A DNA stretch of 63,249 nt, the filler included, from Collodictyon triciliatum (lineage: Eukaryota), in NCBI GenBank assembly GCA_043381765.1. It is 10 parts of 10 records of this genome, joined end to end, with 100 filler letters (N's around TTAATTAATTAA, not from the genome) between each part and the next. Parts side by side here need not be neighbours in the genome. Positions count along the whole stretch, not along the records: positions 25,363 to 31,601 come from JBHJMP010004624.1; positions 31,702 to 37,937 come from JBHJMP010004625.1; positions 38,038 to 44,272 come from JBHJMP010004626.1; 7 more parts are not named here. One strand, 5' to 3'. The notes beneath the pieces were generated by a model. It was given only the letters and a program-made list of their open reading frames with translations. It had not been told where the DNA came from and did not search any database. Shown piece by piece: positions 25,590 to 38,230 of this stretch (the stretch's first letter is position 1; each line of letters opens with the position of its first letter). The position numbers and the translations under genes are program-made.

Positions 25590-28486
25590 TAACCTGAACA
25601 ACAGCATCGGCTATCCGTGCAGTTTCAGCATCACGTTTCTCGATATGAATCTAAAAGAAGAAAAAAAGCAGCCCTCTGTCAATCTTACACATAAAATAAA
25701 TCAAGATATGTTTGTATGGGACACACATAAATGGAAGGGTAAGTACGTAATATGACAAGTAAGTATACAAGCAAATATACATCATATAAAAACATATCCT
25801 CGGGATTCCAGAATATTAGAAGGGGAAAATATGCCTTTCTGCGCAAACGATGCTGGAACATCGCCTGCTGTATTACTCTGGAGGCAACTTTATAATCCAT
25901 GGCTTTGGCGACTTCGACGTGACTTCTAAGGGTCTATGGCAACACCAGTCAGAAGCAAAATGTGTAAATCAAGCGAACTCTTGCTTCTAATTTTGTAGTT
26001 CGTAGATACAGTAGTCATAGGTCGGTATCATTTTGGTTCACAATAGAGGAACATCAAACCACATACGTCAATATTGTAGCGGTATTTGCGCCAAAAATAT
26101 TGGATTCTAATTACTGCAATTTTTAATCTAGAAAATTTCTGTCGACCGCAGAGCCTGAGTTGTTGTTTTTTTTTTAAAAAAAAAATAATAAAAAAAGAGT
26201 AAGGAATCAGGTTGCGTTTATAAAATATATATATAGAATAAAAAAAATTCAAATATATACCCGCAGTGTCTCAATCACACTGCCGAGCTAAGTACATTTA
26301 CATCACGAAAGTATTGTAAAATATACATCTTTGAGAGGGCTTGCAGGAATGTGATGCCTTTTTCCACCATATTATACGTGTCTTGTCCCAAACAAATTCT
26401 GTACAGCACCTATTCAACAAAAAGAAACAGGCATTCAACATTTTGATTGTATAATGATATTTTGAAAACAAGCCAACACAACACCAGCTCCCTACGTCAT
26501 CAGAGGTATTTTTATACAAAAAAAAATATTGCTTGAAAAACTCCCACCTTTACAAACTTCCTGCGTTCGTGGATGATGCATTCATGAATAAGCTTCAAAA
26601 ACTGAACCAAGCAGTCCTTGGGCTTCGAATCGGCTTTCAAAGGATTTCTTTCATAATATCTTGGGATGATGCTACCAAATATCTACGTAAATAACGCAGA
26701 TTTCATTTTACTCGGTTACTTTTGAATTTTTCCAACCCACTATCATTTAGGTTTGCTTATGAACATTATATGAGGAGAATATAGCATATGTAAGTGTGTA
26801 AGTAGAATTACTTTATAGAGTTCACGCAAAAAATCGTAGTCCTTAGAATGGATTCAAGTAATAAAAAAAAATGTGAATATGATACTGATTTTCCCTCCGT
26901 CTTGTTGGGATGAGGGCAAAACGACAATTATAATTCGGATGATTCATAATTACAGCATGCATTCCACTTTAAGTTTGTCCAAAGTGAATACCTTGTAATG
27001 TTTCAGTTGGGATAGTTCTTCGAGACTGAAAAGATGGAATAGTTAATACTTTTCCAAATAAAGATACATTGAAAAAATTTTAAAGGGAAAAGGGAAATTA
27101 TAATGCAAAATTAAAAAAAAAATTGATTCTCACCACGACTCAAGCTGAACACTGAGCAGTTTATTATTAGCCTGCAATTTTTTCCCAGTAAAATTTTATT
27201 CATGTCAGATTTTGAAGGTGTAGATTAATAACATAAATTGATGCTATAAATCGTCAAGAAGGATTAACAAGGTACTTCTGCCACTGATAGAGCTCCAGAC
27301 AAATTGCTTTCCCTGGTGGTTGCAGCATGAAGTTCATTTTCAAGTGCTTCGGCTAGCTTTTTAGTTCCTTCATGCTCTATTTCTTTCTGGTTTCCCGATT
27401 GATTATTTTAAGGGGCTGACTCTTCATTAGACGTATGAATTTTGGACCGCAAGTAATTCACAACATGCCAAAAGACATGCTACCTGCTTCAAACTCTTTG
27501 ATGTTACTGCTAATGATTCAGACGCTTGAGAGAATTTTGAACTGAGCGACTCAATTTCCTACGAATTTTATTTTATTTAATTTACTTTCAGGTTTCATTC
27601 CAAACTTTATTCAAAAATAGGATGCGCAAGAAGCATTATCCATATTGACGTCACAGAGAAATATTTACCAGTTTAAACCCTCTCTCTTTTGTCTCCGCTT
27701 CTTTCGTAAGCAAAGTGACTTTGTGCTCCTAAATAGTATATGTATCATAGCCAATTTGATAATAAGCGATACAATTATTAAAAAAAAATATTGAAAAATT
27801 GCCTCAGAGTACAATCGCCCGATGAAAATGAACTGATTTCTAAATTACCAGATTATTTACTATCTCTCTGCATTCTTCATCTTTGATTTCCAGGTCTTTG
27901 GTTTTGCTCTCCAGCTGCAGCTCCAGATCGAATATGATCTTTTCAAGCTCAAATATTCGCTCTTTGGCCATATTTTCTTCAGGAAAAAAACCGACAGAGT
28001 ACGCAAACAAAAAATAGTGAGATACAGGATAGCGGAATGTAAATCATTTGATTGCAGACATCCCCAAGCAAAAAGTACTGATAAAAATTATAGAAAATTA
28101 TATGTATATATAAACACCAGCTTTTTGTGCCGCCGACACTCGACTATTAGCTATGCAAATAATTTCGTCTAAGTCAAAATGCTAATCAAGGACTTTGGAT
28201 TTGCTTCCTTTTTTCACGGATTCCTGTCATCCCAAGGAATATAATATAAAAAGACAAACCCAAATCGAATATTCGATTGATTTCAGGGTCAGGAGGAGCT
28301 TCTTGTTTTACTGAAGTAGTCGAGACTATTTCCTCGTTGATTACAGCACGATTCACCACCTAAGGTGTGATAAGAACAAAGTTAATAAGAATGGTTTATA
28401 TGAGATATTAAGAATGAATTAGTTGACATCAATAAATTACACATTTGAAAAATTCAACTGAGTTATGAATACGTTTTCCATAATCA

Positions 28487-28559
<73 letters not shown>

Positions 28560-31339
28560 GTCGAAAGCGAATGACTCTGAAAATGAGACTGGCCTGGTTG
28601 CATCGCTTCGCAAACTTTAGTGTGGATATTGTCTCAGCTGTGCACGAGTCAAAAGGTATCACATTTGCAATCAACCACGTTCTACTGTTCCCTCCTAACG
28701 ATTCCTTGAATTTGCCAGAAAAAATGAAAAGATAGAATCCTTAAATTTTAAATATCTTGATTATTCGATTTCTTTTATGACAGGCATGATACATGCAGTG
28801 TGTTGATAAAATTTAAATGGGTAAGGCTGGGAATTTACGATATGAAAGGTACTGATAGTTATCAAAGAAAGAATAATGATTGATTTTCCAAAATACCTTT
28901 AAGAAGTGTGTGAGCTTCGATTCTCTGTATGGAACATGTGATTTCTTCCCTTAAGAAAAAGTAGTGTACTATGTGATTACAGAGTTGTACACTTTGTAAC
29001 ATAAGGTGCCACTTTTTTATATGAAATTTGGAACGTGGTATACCTTGTGATATTTCTTCGAGCGCGCTGATGACGTTCCCAAGAGATAATAGCCCTTTGT
29101 TCACAATACCAGCCTCTCGACTTCGGAAACCGGCTTTGATAGAGAAAAATGTACATCAGAAAATGCATGATCCGTTCAAATAGATAATAATTTATTCATA
29201 TGCGTTCTAATTTTACATAAAATACTTGCATAAAAGATCAGTCGACTTTTGTCGTTCGATGCCAGCTAAATCCACAATGTTGAATGTTGGTTGTTTGACA
29301 GTAACTTTGCCATCATCACCAACCGTCTATGACGCATATAATTTGCGTATAACAGTAATCATTCATTGCACCGATTGAAACCAGAGAATATTGGCGAAGG
29401 AATTGTAGAATAAAGTTCGGAAACTATAACACAACTCCTGAAGAATTTACCTTTAATTTCAGCTTCAATGCAATTATCATGTGTGACCGGTTTGTTTCGT
29501 GAGGTCGGGTATAGGAAATTTCACTTTGTCTTTGGATACCCCTGTTGATGTAATCAAATGCCTGGAAAAGAAGAGCGAATTCACACAACGTTATCATGCA
29601 TCGAGTGTATCGTGATGATTCTTTATATAGAAAATAAAAACAGCATTAAAAAGAGAAACAGACAGCAAAATACGGCTGTGAATAAGATCTAGAGGTGTTC
29701 TTCGAACAATCGAGTGGATGGTGTGATGAGAAGAAAATACCTCGCCTTTACTTTTGACAGACACTTCGGTCAAGTCATCAATAACCACTTTATTTGCTGT
29801 GAGTTCTCGAAGTTGTGAGGTTTGTTAAGGAATTTTATATTATAAAAACCCCATAATATATTAAATATGTAATTTGTTTGATTTTTTTTATTTTTTAGCA
29901 ACAGAAAACAAATAGAGGGAAAAGAAAGAACACAAGGTTGAGATGATTGCATGAAAAGGCCAGGTAGATGTTATTTAAGAAAAGGATATGAAGTGGCTTC
30001 GAACTACTTGAGAGCAAGTCAATGACCTGCTCTGTATGGAGCTCGATGAATGACATACTCATTTCCGCCTCGCAACGAAGTGGCAGCTGAAGACCAATTT
30101 GTTAGTTAAAAAGGATATTATTTGTACGGCAAACTATTTAATTAATTTTTCACACGGAGTGATATATTTAGGACATTTGGGTATTGAACAAAGTGCCCTG
30201 CTGCTGTCATTGGCCAATTTTTGAGTTTGATGATTTGGAAAGGACAACTTCTAGTATAATTATTTTTTTTTTAAGAAAAAATACCTGATTGATTAGCTCA
30301 AATGTGAGCACAATAATTCTTTGCGCCATGCCAATATTTTCCTGGTTTGGGGATGTCGTTTCCGTGCGTGGGCCTAATTTTTTTTATTCTTTCGAAGTAA
30401 GCCAATAGATAGGAGGAAAAAACAATATGAATGAAATATCTGTGCGATTGAGAGGGTAGAAAAAATATGTTGAATAGTCACCAAATATTGTGTACGACTT
30501 TCCAGAACCAACTTGACCATACGTAAATATGGTGCAGTTGTACCTATAGAAATAATTTAGAAAGTGGTGAAATAGCGATTCGATATTTTCGTTAGGAAAC
30601 GCCTGAACGATATATCAAAAGTACCACTCAAACAAAAAGTACAGATAAAAAAATAAACGCAAAAGAATAAACTACCCATCCATCCAGTCATTGCACATTC
30701 CCCTCCCAACGATATTAAAAATGGAGTCCTGTCGTAATAAATAATTTGGCATAAGGCAAGGAGTAAATATGTATGTGTGGACTCGACTATGGTCAAATAA
30801 TATTGAAATCAATCCGCGTGAAACCTGTTTCGTTTGTTGATCGGCAACAAAGTCAAAGCCATATTCTCTAACGTCACGGTCAGCCTCTACTTTGATAGCA
30901 TATCGGGTTGGGCATGACACAGCACACGCTAAACCAGATGGAATTGGAACTGATGGGCGAACTCGGATGCAAACCCGAATCTTTGATCTATATATGGAGG
31001 CTCGATGACAAAGCTGCAGGTCTTAGTTTACAATATATCTAATAGAAAAAAATGACATAGCATAACATACGGATCAGATGATGACAGAGAAGACGATGAT
31101 GCTGGCGGGCTCAAAACTGCGTCATTGCCTCTTTGTGTCCCTTCACTATCTACCGGAGCTTTCCTCGGAACAGGGGCACTAACCCTCCGCATTGCGGCAA
31201 TCGATGAGCTGCTTGACTGAGATGAAGATGATGCATGTGGAGCAGCTGCGGACAAAGCAGACCGCTCGCGAGGAGACGTAAACAGAGTGGCATTAGAAGA
31301 AGGGGGTGAGGTAGCGAGATTTTGGGTGGCTCCGGTCAT
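25590..31339 (-). CDS. Kinesin-family protein: Ser-rich N-extension, divergent motor domain, coiled coil, tandem IQ motifs; many exons, probably 3'-partial
   Basis: IRVCIRVRP, YGFDFVAD, GYNCTIFTYGQVGSGKSYT, SFIELHTEQVIDLL, NRSH, IVDLAGIER, VNKGLLSLGNVISAL, HVPYRESKLTHFLK|ESLGGNSRT, ETISTLKFAKR. Downstream exons stay in phase through the coiled coil to GITFLQALSKMLCGRQKF and AVIRIQYFWRKYR. Confidence 0.93.
29815..29989 (-). other. U12-type (minor spliceosome) AT-AC intron in the kinesin gene
   Basis: Minus strand: 5' ATATCCTTTT, branch site TTCCTTAAC at 29832-29824, 3' CAC. Removal gives the in-frame motor sequence DLLSSSSKPLQLRELTANKVVIDDLTEV. Confidence 0.9.
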
Positions 31340-31961
31340 TCTGCGTGTGCTTTTGCGTGACCTGTGCGTGAATAGTGCGCCATAAATTGAATGGGATTTT
31401 TGTAATTTTTTAACTATATATCCACACTCTGTGTCAATGGAAAGAAGGAAAAGCTAAAATAAATAAAGGCTTCTTTTTGTTTTCTTTTTGCTTCCTTTTT
31501 GTTTTCTTTTTGTTTTCTTTTTGTTTTCTTTTTGTTTTCTTTTTGTTTTCTTTTTGTTTTCTTTTTGTTTTCTTTTTGTTTTCTTTTTGTTTTCTTTTTG
31601 TNNNNNNNNNNNNNNNNNNNNNNNNNNNNNNNNNNNNNNNNNNNNTTAATTAATTAANNNNNNNNNNNNNNNNNNNNNNNNNNNNNNNNNNNNNNNNNNN
31701 NAAGAAAAAGAAAAAAAGAAAAAGAAAAAAAGAAAAAGAAAAAAGAAAAAAGAAAAAAGAAAAAAGAAAAAAGAAAAAAGAAAAAAGAAAAAAGAAAAAA
31801 AGAAAAAAAGAAAAAAGAAAAAGAAAAAAAGAAAAAGAAAAAAAGAAAAAGAAAAAAAGAAAAAGAAAAAAAGAAAAAAGAAAAAAAGAAAAAAAGAAAA
31901 AAGAAAAAGAAAAAAAGAAGCCATTAATATATTTGTATTTCATAGATTCTTAGTAGCTTTT

Positions 31962-34900
31962 ATGAGTGTCGGCGATTCTTTGAAAAAGTAAGTGGAGCAC
32001 ATAATTACACCTGTGTGACGCACAGAAATCTTTTGATCCAACAAGACAATCGTCCTCTTCAATAAAATCTATCTTATTCTTCTTTTTTTTTTTAATGCCC
32101 TTCTTACGTCTTCTATCGTATCTGCTCTTTTATCCATTTGACTATGAAATAAACGCCCTTTCCAACGCTTTCAGATTTTCTCGAAAAGTCAAGGATCTTG
32201 TTGGTTCTCAGGAGCATTTGGAGGAGTCTGAAAAGATCAAGCTACAAAGCCAGGTAAGAAATAAGTTTCATCTACAGCTTCAAAGAAAATTATTCACTCG
32301 GACCCTACTGCTTTTATTTTTATTTCATGGCGTTCATTCACCTTAATATAATCCAGGAAGCAAAAGAAACAAAGAAAACCTTTCAGGACATTATTGATGA
32401 GGCTGGTCATTACCAAGCAAGCATAGAAGGTTCTGTAAAGAATCGATGGTTTTATCTTAATTTCCAAGCTGAACCAGTAGCTGAATATGATATATAGTAT
32501 GATATACCTACAACATATATTTACAATAACTAACGTTTTTACATATACAAAACAGCTTGCGCCACCAAGGGAAAAACCTTTGGTCTCACAATCATGAATT
32601 GGGTGAATACCAGCAACCAGCTCCCGACAGATCTATGTACGAATATTTGAATGAATACAAATCAATTTATATATCCATCGCATATATAAGTTTATTGGAA
32701 TCGCCGCTTACCGAAAGGAAAATAAAAATTTCGATTTGAACAAGATGAACACTTAATTTACCCCTGAATTTTGTTTTGCCTACTCTGTGAAAAAAAAAAA
32801 AACACATCCCAACAACGAAAATAAAATAAACAGGTACTTCATTGGCGACCATGAGCCAACTGCAGAACAAATTTACAGATTCGCTCACAGCGATGGTTTG
32901 GCTTTTGTTTTGGATACAAAAAAAATGGCGATTTCATAATACAGACTGACTTTACTTCTCTTTATCATTTGGATGTACGTCTGTGTCGATTAGAGGGAAA
33001 ACCTTGCAAAAAACGTGATTGCCCCAATATCGTATTTTCTGGAGACCGAATTTGCTGATTATGAGGCATGTCGTATTTATAATCATCTATCTTACGTTTA
33101 ATAACCATGATGAATTTCAAGCACCCAATATTTTTACAATATGTCATGTCAATATATCAAAACAAAGCGTCAAAATACATAATTTTCATGAAAGAAACAA
33201 CATCGCCATTCTGTGATTATAGTAATATGAAGCATATGCTAACAAATATAACGTATGTTTTTCCGATATTAATAGCGGTCGAGGAAAAGATACGAAAAAA
33301 TGAAAAGTGAGTACGAAGAGTTGCTAAAGGAAAGAAAGGACCTCCGAGAAAAAGAAAAGATAAATTATGAGAGACTCTACAATGTAAGAATCATCTTTAT
33401 TTTTTCAAAAAAACTTTTCTGATCTATTCACCGGGCGCTTAATTTACTGTTCTTCGATGAATCTGGCAATCCTATCAGTTGGAATGCGATGTGTCCGAAG
33501 CAAGGACAAAGTTTGACGTGACTTTTGCTGAGATATCAGACCATCTTATTCACGTCAATTCACGCAAAAATATAATTGCGTTGGAGTTTCTCCGGAGTGC
33601 AATCCAGTCTCTCAAAGCATTCAGCCAGTCATGTGTGTAATCAAATCCAAATATGTTTAAAAATTGGTGTTGATTGAATATACATTGTGAATTCGGGGGT
33701 TTAGTTTATTCCCCTTACACGTATAACATGTTCTGTATTCAATCAAAGGCTATCAAACTTCGACAGACTACGAACCATTTTCCAACTTGGTTGCCACACA
33801 GATTACCGCGGTATGCCATATACGCTTACATATAGTCTCTATCCAGTCTTTACCTTGACTTAAGAACATGTCATGAGTCGCATATCCCTTTGTGCAGCAA
33901 AAAGCATCGTTTATCGCCATGAAGAAAGACCGTGCGGATGAAATTACAAAAAAACTAGACATTGGTCGAAAAAGCAGATATTTCCCGCTTATCGAGGTTG
34001 GTCATTTCTATCTATTCATTAAATTATTATTAACATAGTATTCATACACGGATATTTTCAGCTCATAGGACAGCCGACGTTGGAAATATTCAAATCCGTG
34101 TCTGACATACCTGGCGTACAACCTTTATTATATTTTCTCTACATTAGATATTTTGATTCACGATATTTTATCATTTCTTTTTTTTTTCTCCAAAAAATAA
34201 TAATATGGTTTTCCCTCGGTTATGGCATAGTCTGAAGAATGGCTTAAAACAATCATTCGTATTCTTGATGCTCATAATATGACGTTCCTTGTTGTAAAAT
34301 ATATTGTGACACAAGAAGTGGAAGCCACAAGTAATTTTTCATCATGAACTCCTCCTTATCCGTGGTCACTTTATAAACATCTTGGTTTCATGTATTCCTT
34401 GAATCGAATAAAGGGAAAAAATCTTGATTTCAGATATTCTAATTAATTTATTTTGATTTGTTTTAGTTATGACTACAGCAAAAACTAATTCATATTCAAT
34501 TATATTACCACTGTTGCAGGCTCTCCAAAAACTCTATTCCGTGGCAACACAATTGGAACTAAATTCATTAATCTGTATACAAAAATGACGGCCGCGCAGT
34601 ATGTCACCACGCTGTTGTCGCCCATCGTTGCGATACTGACCCAAAATCCTGAAAAATCATATGAAGTATTGAAAAATAGATTCTATTACAATTTGGAGCA
34701 AGCAACGCGCCAATCTATCATATCCATAATTTATTTTTATTTTTATTTTACTTATATATTCAATCACTTATAGTTGGACCCAACACGTGTTAACGCTGGC
34801 GAAAATGCAGAGGAAAATGGAAGGCAATTATCTGCCTTAATTCAACAGTTTATGGAGCGTACTTACCAATCCAAAGTGACCTGTCCCATGTTTGTGATTC

Positions 34901-36026
34901 AATAAATTTGGATGTGAAATAATTAAAATATCACCTGATTGAGTACCAGTTCTGCGTTGTTCTTAGTTGATGTATTTCCTTACTGACATAATAGTTTGCT
35001 GCTTCATATTTGCGTATATGTTAAGCCTATTTGAATCTTTCTCAATGCTCTTAGCCGCCTTCGATACGTTCTGTCACATTTGAAGATGGAAACAGACCGT
35101 CGTTTTCCGGATAGCAAACTTGCTGCAGTCGGCGCATTTTTGTTCTTGAGATTGATTTGCCCTGCACTCACGTCACCCGAACTAAATGGAATATCATCTG
35201 GTTGGTGGAAATTCAATTTGTTTTTAATATGTTGGAATCACAATCACAATCACAATCACAATCACAATCACAATCACAATCACAATCACAATCACAATCA
35301 CAATCACAATCACAATCACAATCACAATCACAATCACAATCACAATCACCTGAAATCGAAAGATATAGAGGAAAACACCCAAACCTTGAAATACTTTGTA
35401 CAGAAGCACCCTCCGTTCAGACCAGAAGAGCTCTGGTCCTCATAACAAAGGTTATTCAAAACATTGCAAACGGAGTTCATTTCGGGTCAAAAGAAGAATA
35501 CATGAAGCTTATGAATGATGTCATCGAACAAAATCTTGCGCAACTGCGAGAGTTTCTGAATGACATGACCGTATGTTTATTAAATCATCCTTTGCTGTTT
35601 TTTTCTATCCCCTTTAGATGATTATTTTATTTAAATAGTAATACGTAATATAGCTGATACCCGAACGTATCGAAGAACACGACCCGCTCTCTACACCAGA
35701 GGAATGCGAACGAGTCGACCTCCCCTCTCTTCACAAATTCTTTGTCGTTCATCTGGACACAATCGCTGAGAACCTCACATCAATGCAGAAAAAGGTTTTT
35801 TTTTTTTTTAACTTATGTTCAAACTATCATCAATACATAAAATCATTATCTTCTGCAACAAACAAATTATGAAAAGCCTAAGAACTTGCCCAAAACTTCA
35901 TTTGCACGCCTATAGTTATTATACCTTGTCATATTCCTAATTTTCTTTTGGGTGTTTCCACCGTTCCTTTAGCAAACACTGTTTGACTTGATGGAAGTGA
36001 TCGGCCCACTCGGACGCATTAAATAA
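31962..36026 (+). CDS. N-BAR plus RasGAP domain protein, spliced, apparently complete
   Basis: The N-terminus MSVGDSLKKFSRKVKDLVG is endophilin-like, followed by BAR-like helices (VIAPISYFLETEF, RKRYEKMKSEYE). RasGAP motifs: TLFRGNT, YE|LDPTR, VGAFLFLRLICPALTSP, RRALVLITKVIQNIAN, KEEYMKLMN. Stop TAA at 36024-36026. Confidence 0.9.
35238..35349 (+). repeat. (CACAAT)n intronic microsatellite
   Basis: Perfect hexamer array inside a RasGAP intron. Confidence 0.95.
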
Positions 36027-36673
36027 TCTAACGGGACTGCAAAACGACTGATTCGTTCTCTCTGTCGCCCACCTTCCCCATCACGTTTATCCTACTGTCT
36101 TGCATGTCGCGTGATATCTCTAAGAACCGGGGATATGAGAACGACAGAATAGCTGGGAAAACATCGTGACCAAGGATAGGATAGAGGGGCAGACACATAC
36201 TTTTCAAGGGGCTTTCCTCTATTCCTACCGAATGTGGAGCAGCCTTATCATCACCATCATCATCATCATCACCACCATCATCATCATCACCCTTATCATC
36301 ACAATCATTTCATTTTTCTTATTTCTTTCGCCTTACAAATCCTCACCACGGAAATAAAATAAAATACAATAAAACAAGCAACCATAGAAAGAATGGGGAT
36401 ACATATAATAGTCGAGTTCACCACACGCAACAACACACTAATGTCCCACTTAACAGCAACCAATCACAACGAATTTACTTCTCTTTTTTTTTTTTTCCTT
36501 CTCCAATCACCATGATTATCTGTTGAACTCTTTTCCGACTCAAAGCCACCGACACTTTTTCATGTATGCAGTAAATACAGGTGTTTGTGGTATTCGAAAA
36601 GGACGAACTAAGATTTCCACCAAAGTCAATTACATTTACTTACACGGACCACTCTAATCATTATTATAGCTAA

Positions 36674-36715
<42 letters not shown>

Positions 36716-36853
36716 TTTTTTTTTTTTTTTTTTTTTTGCATTTATTTAAATTCAGGTGTGTAATTACAAACTCGACGAAAAGAAACAAAGGAGAAGAGAG
36801 AAACAGGGTGCATTCTTTTTTCTTTTTCGCCGTGGCGAGACCATGCGGCGTTT

Positions 36854-37705
36854 TTACAGCTCATTTACTTTCATTTGTAGATACATCGTCAGCATTCCTG
36901 CAAGGTGAGCGCGAAAAGCATATCTTTGAGATGATGACATAAATTCAATATAAATTCAATATATATTAATGAACTAGAACCCAATAGAAATGCTATCCAC
37001 ATAGGAAGAGAATCCTTCAAAAACGCATCGCCGCTGGGTGAGAGATAAATGAGGACGACAATACCAAGAGCCAATGGTATGAATGTCGCAAGGTTCAGTC
37101 CGCCACGAGGCTCATCTTTCATTCGTAAATGATAACGATTAAAGTAATTATGTATATAAGTATATGTATTTAAAACAGAATAATTTTGCCTATACTCGCA
37201 TATCAGATATTTGCCAAGATCTAATGTGAAAAAGAGATAGAGCAGCCTCTCGAATATAATCGATTTCAGCCCATACGCAATCTGATTTTTCTCTCTGGAT
37301 TGCGAAGCTCTCTGGTCCGATGTGACTGAAGAGCATTCGATGATGATGATGATGACGACAAAGAGCCATCAATTGCAGTGTGGGCTGGTCTGATATCAGC
37401 CTGAAAAAAAAATAAGAAAATGATGAATGATAAACGCAGAATGAAAAATTCATCACATATATATAAGGGAAATCAATCCGTAGGGAAAAAATGAAACAGA
37501 GTCAGAATAGCAGGTGATGTGTCGAAAGAAGGTAGTATATGTATTTGTTGGCAAAGAAATAAAATGAAAGGCTACGATTGAGTATCTGAGTTGGATATCA
37601 CAGAGAATTAGTTTGGTTCCTTCCATTGTCTTTTCACTATTACAAACAACGACTTTGAGCTTGTCTCTTTGCTCTGTTCTAACCCCATCGCTTAATCGAA
37701 CCACT
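36854..37705 (-). CDS. MSP-domain two-TM protein (MOSPD1/3-like), 5'-partial, spliced
   Basis: Exons: ...QRDKLKVVV...|ADIRPAH...|HEPRGGLNLATFIPLALGIVVLIYLSP...MWIAFLL|GMLTMYLQMKVNEL*. The C-terminus resembles MOSPD1 (VAAYILGLITM); DKLKV resembles the MSP DKF motif. Confidence 0.6.
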
Positions 37706-37792
37706 CTGCACATATACATTTTCGTTTAGGATGAATGATTTAGCATCCTTATACCAAGATGAGATAAATCAAGATGAAAACAGAACGGCGGA

Positions 37793-37904
<112 letters not shown>

Positions 37905-38230
37905 CAAATCAAGCAAATCAAGCAAATCAAGCAAATANNNNNNNNNNNNNNNNNNNNNNNNNNNNNNNNNNNNNNNNNNNNTTAATTAATTAANNNNNNN
38001 NNNNNNNNNNNNNNNNNNNNNNNNNNNNNNNNNNNNNAACAAAACAAAACAAAACAAAACAAAACAAAACAAAACAAAACAAAACAAAACAAAACAAAAC
38101 AAAACAAAACAAAACAAAACAAAACAAAACAAAACAAAACAAAACGGAGAGTTCGATTTAGGTTGGAGGGTTTCGTTTTCATGGGGATTATGGCTATGAT
38201 TTTTGGTTGTGATTATAGTCATATTGGATT

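Noticed and set aside
25652-25835. Third GC donor in the kinesin gene (AAG|GCATAT)
   Set aside because: In-phase GT donors exist further downstream and there is no conserved sequence to discriminate; left unresolved.
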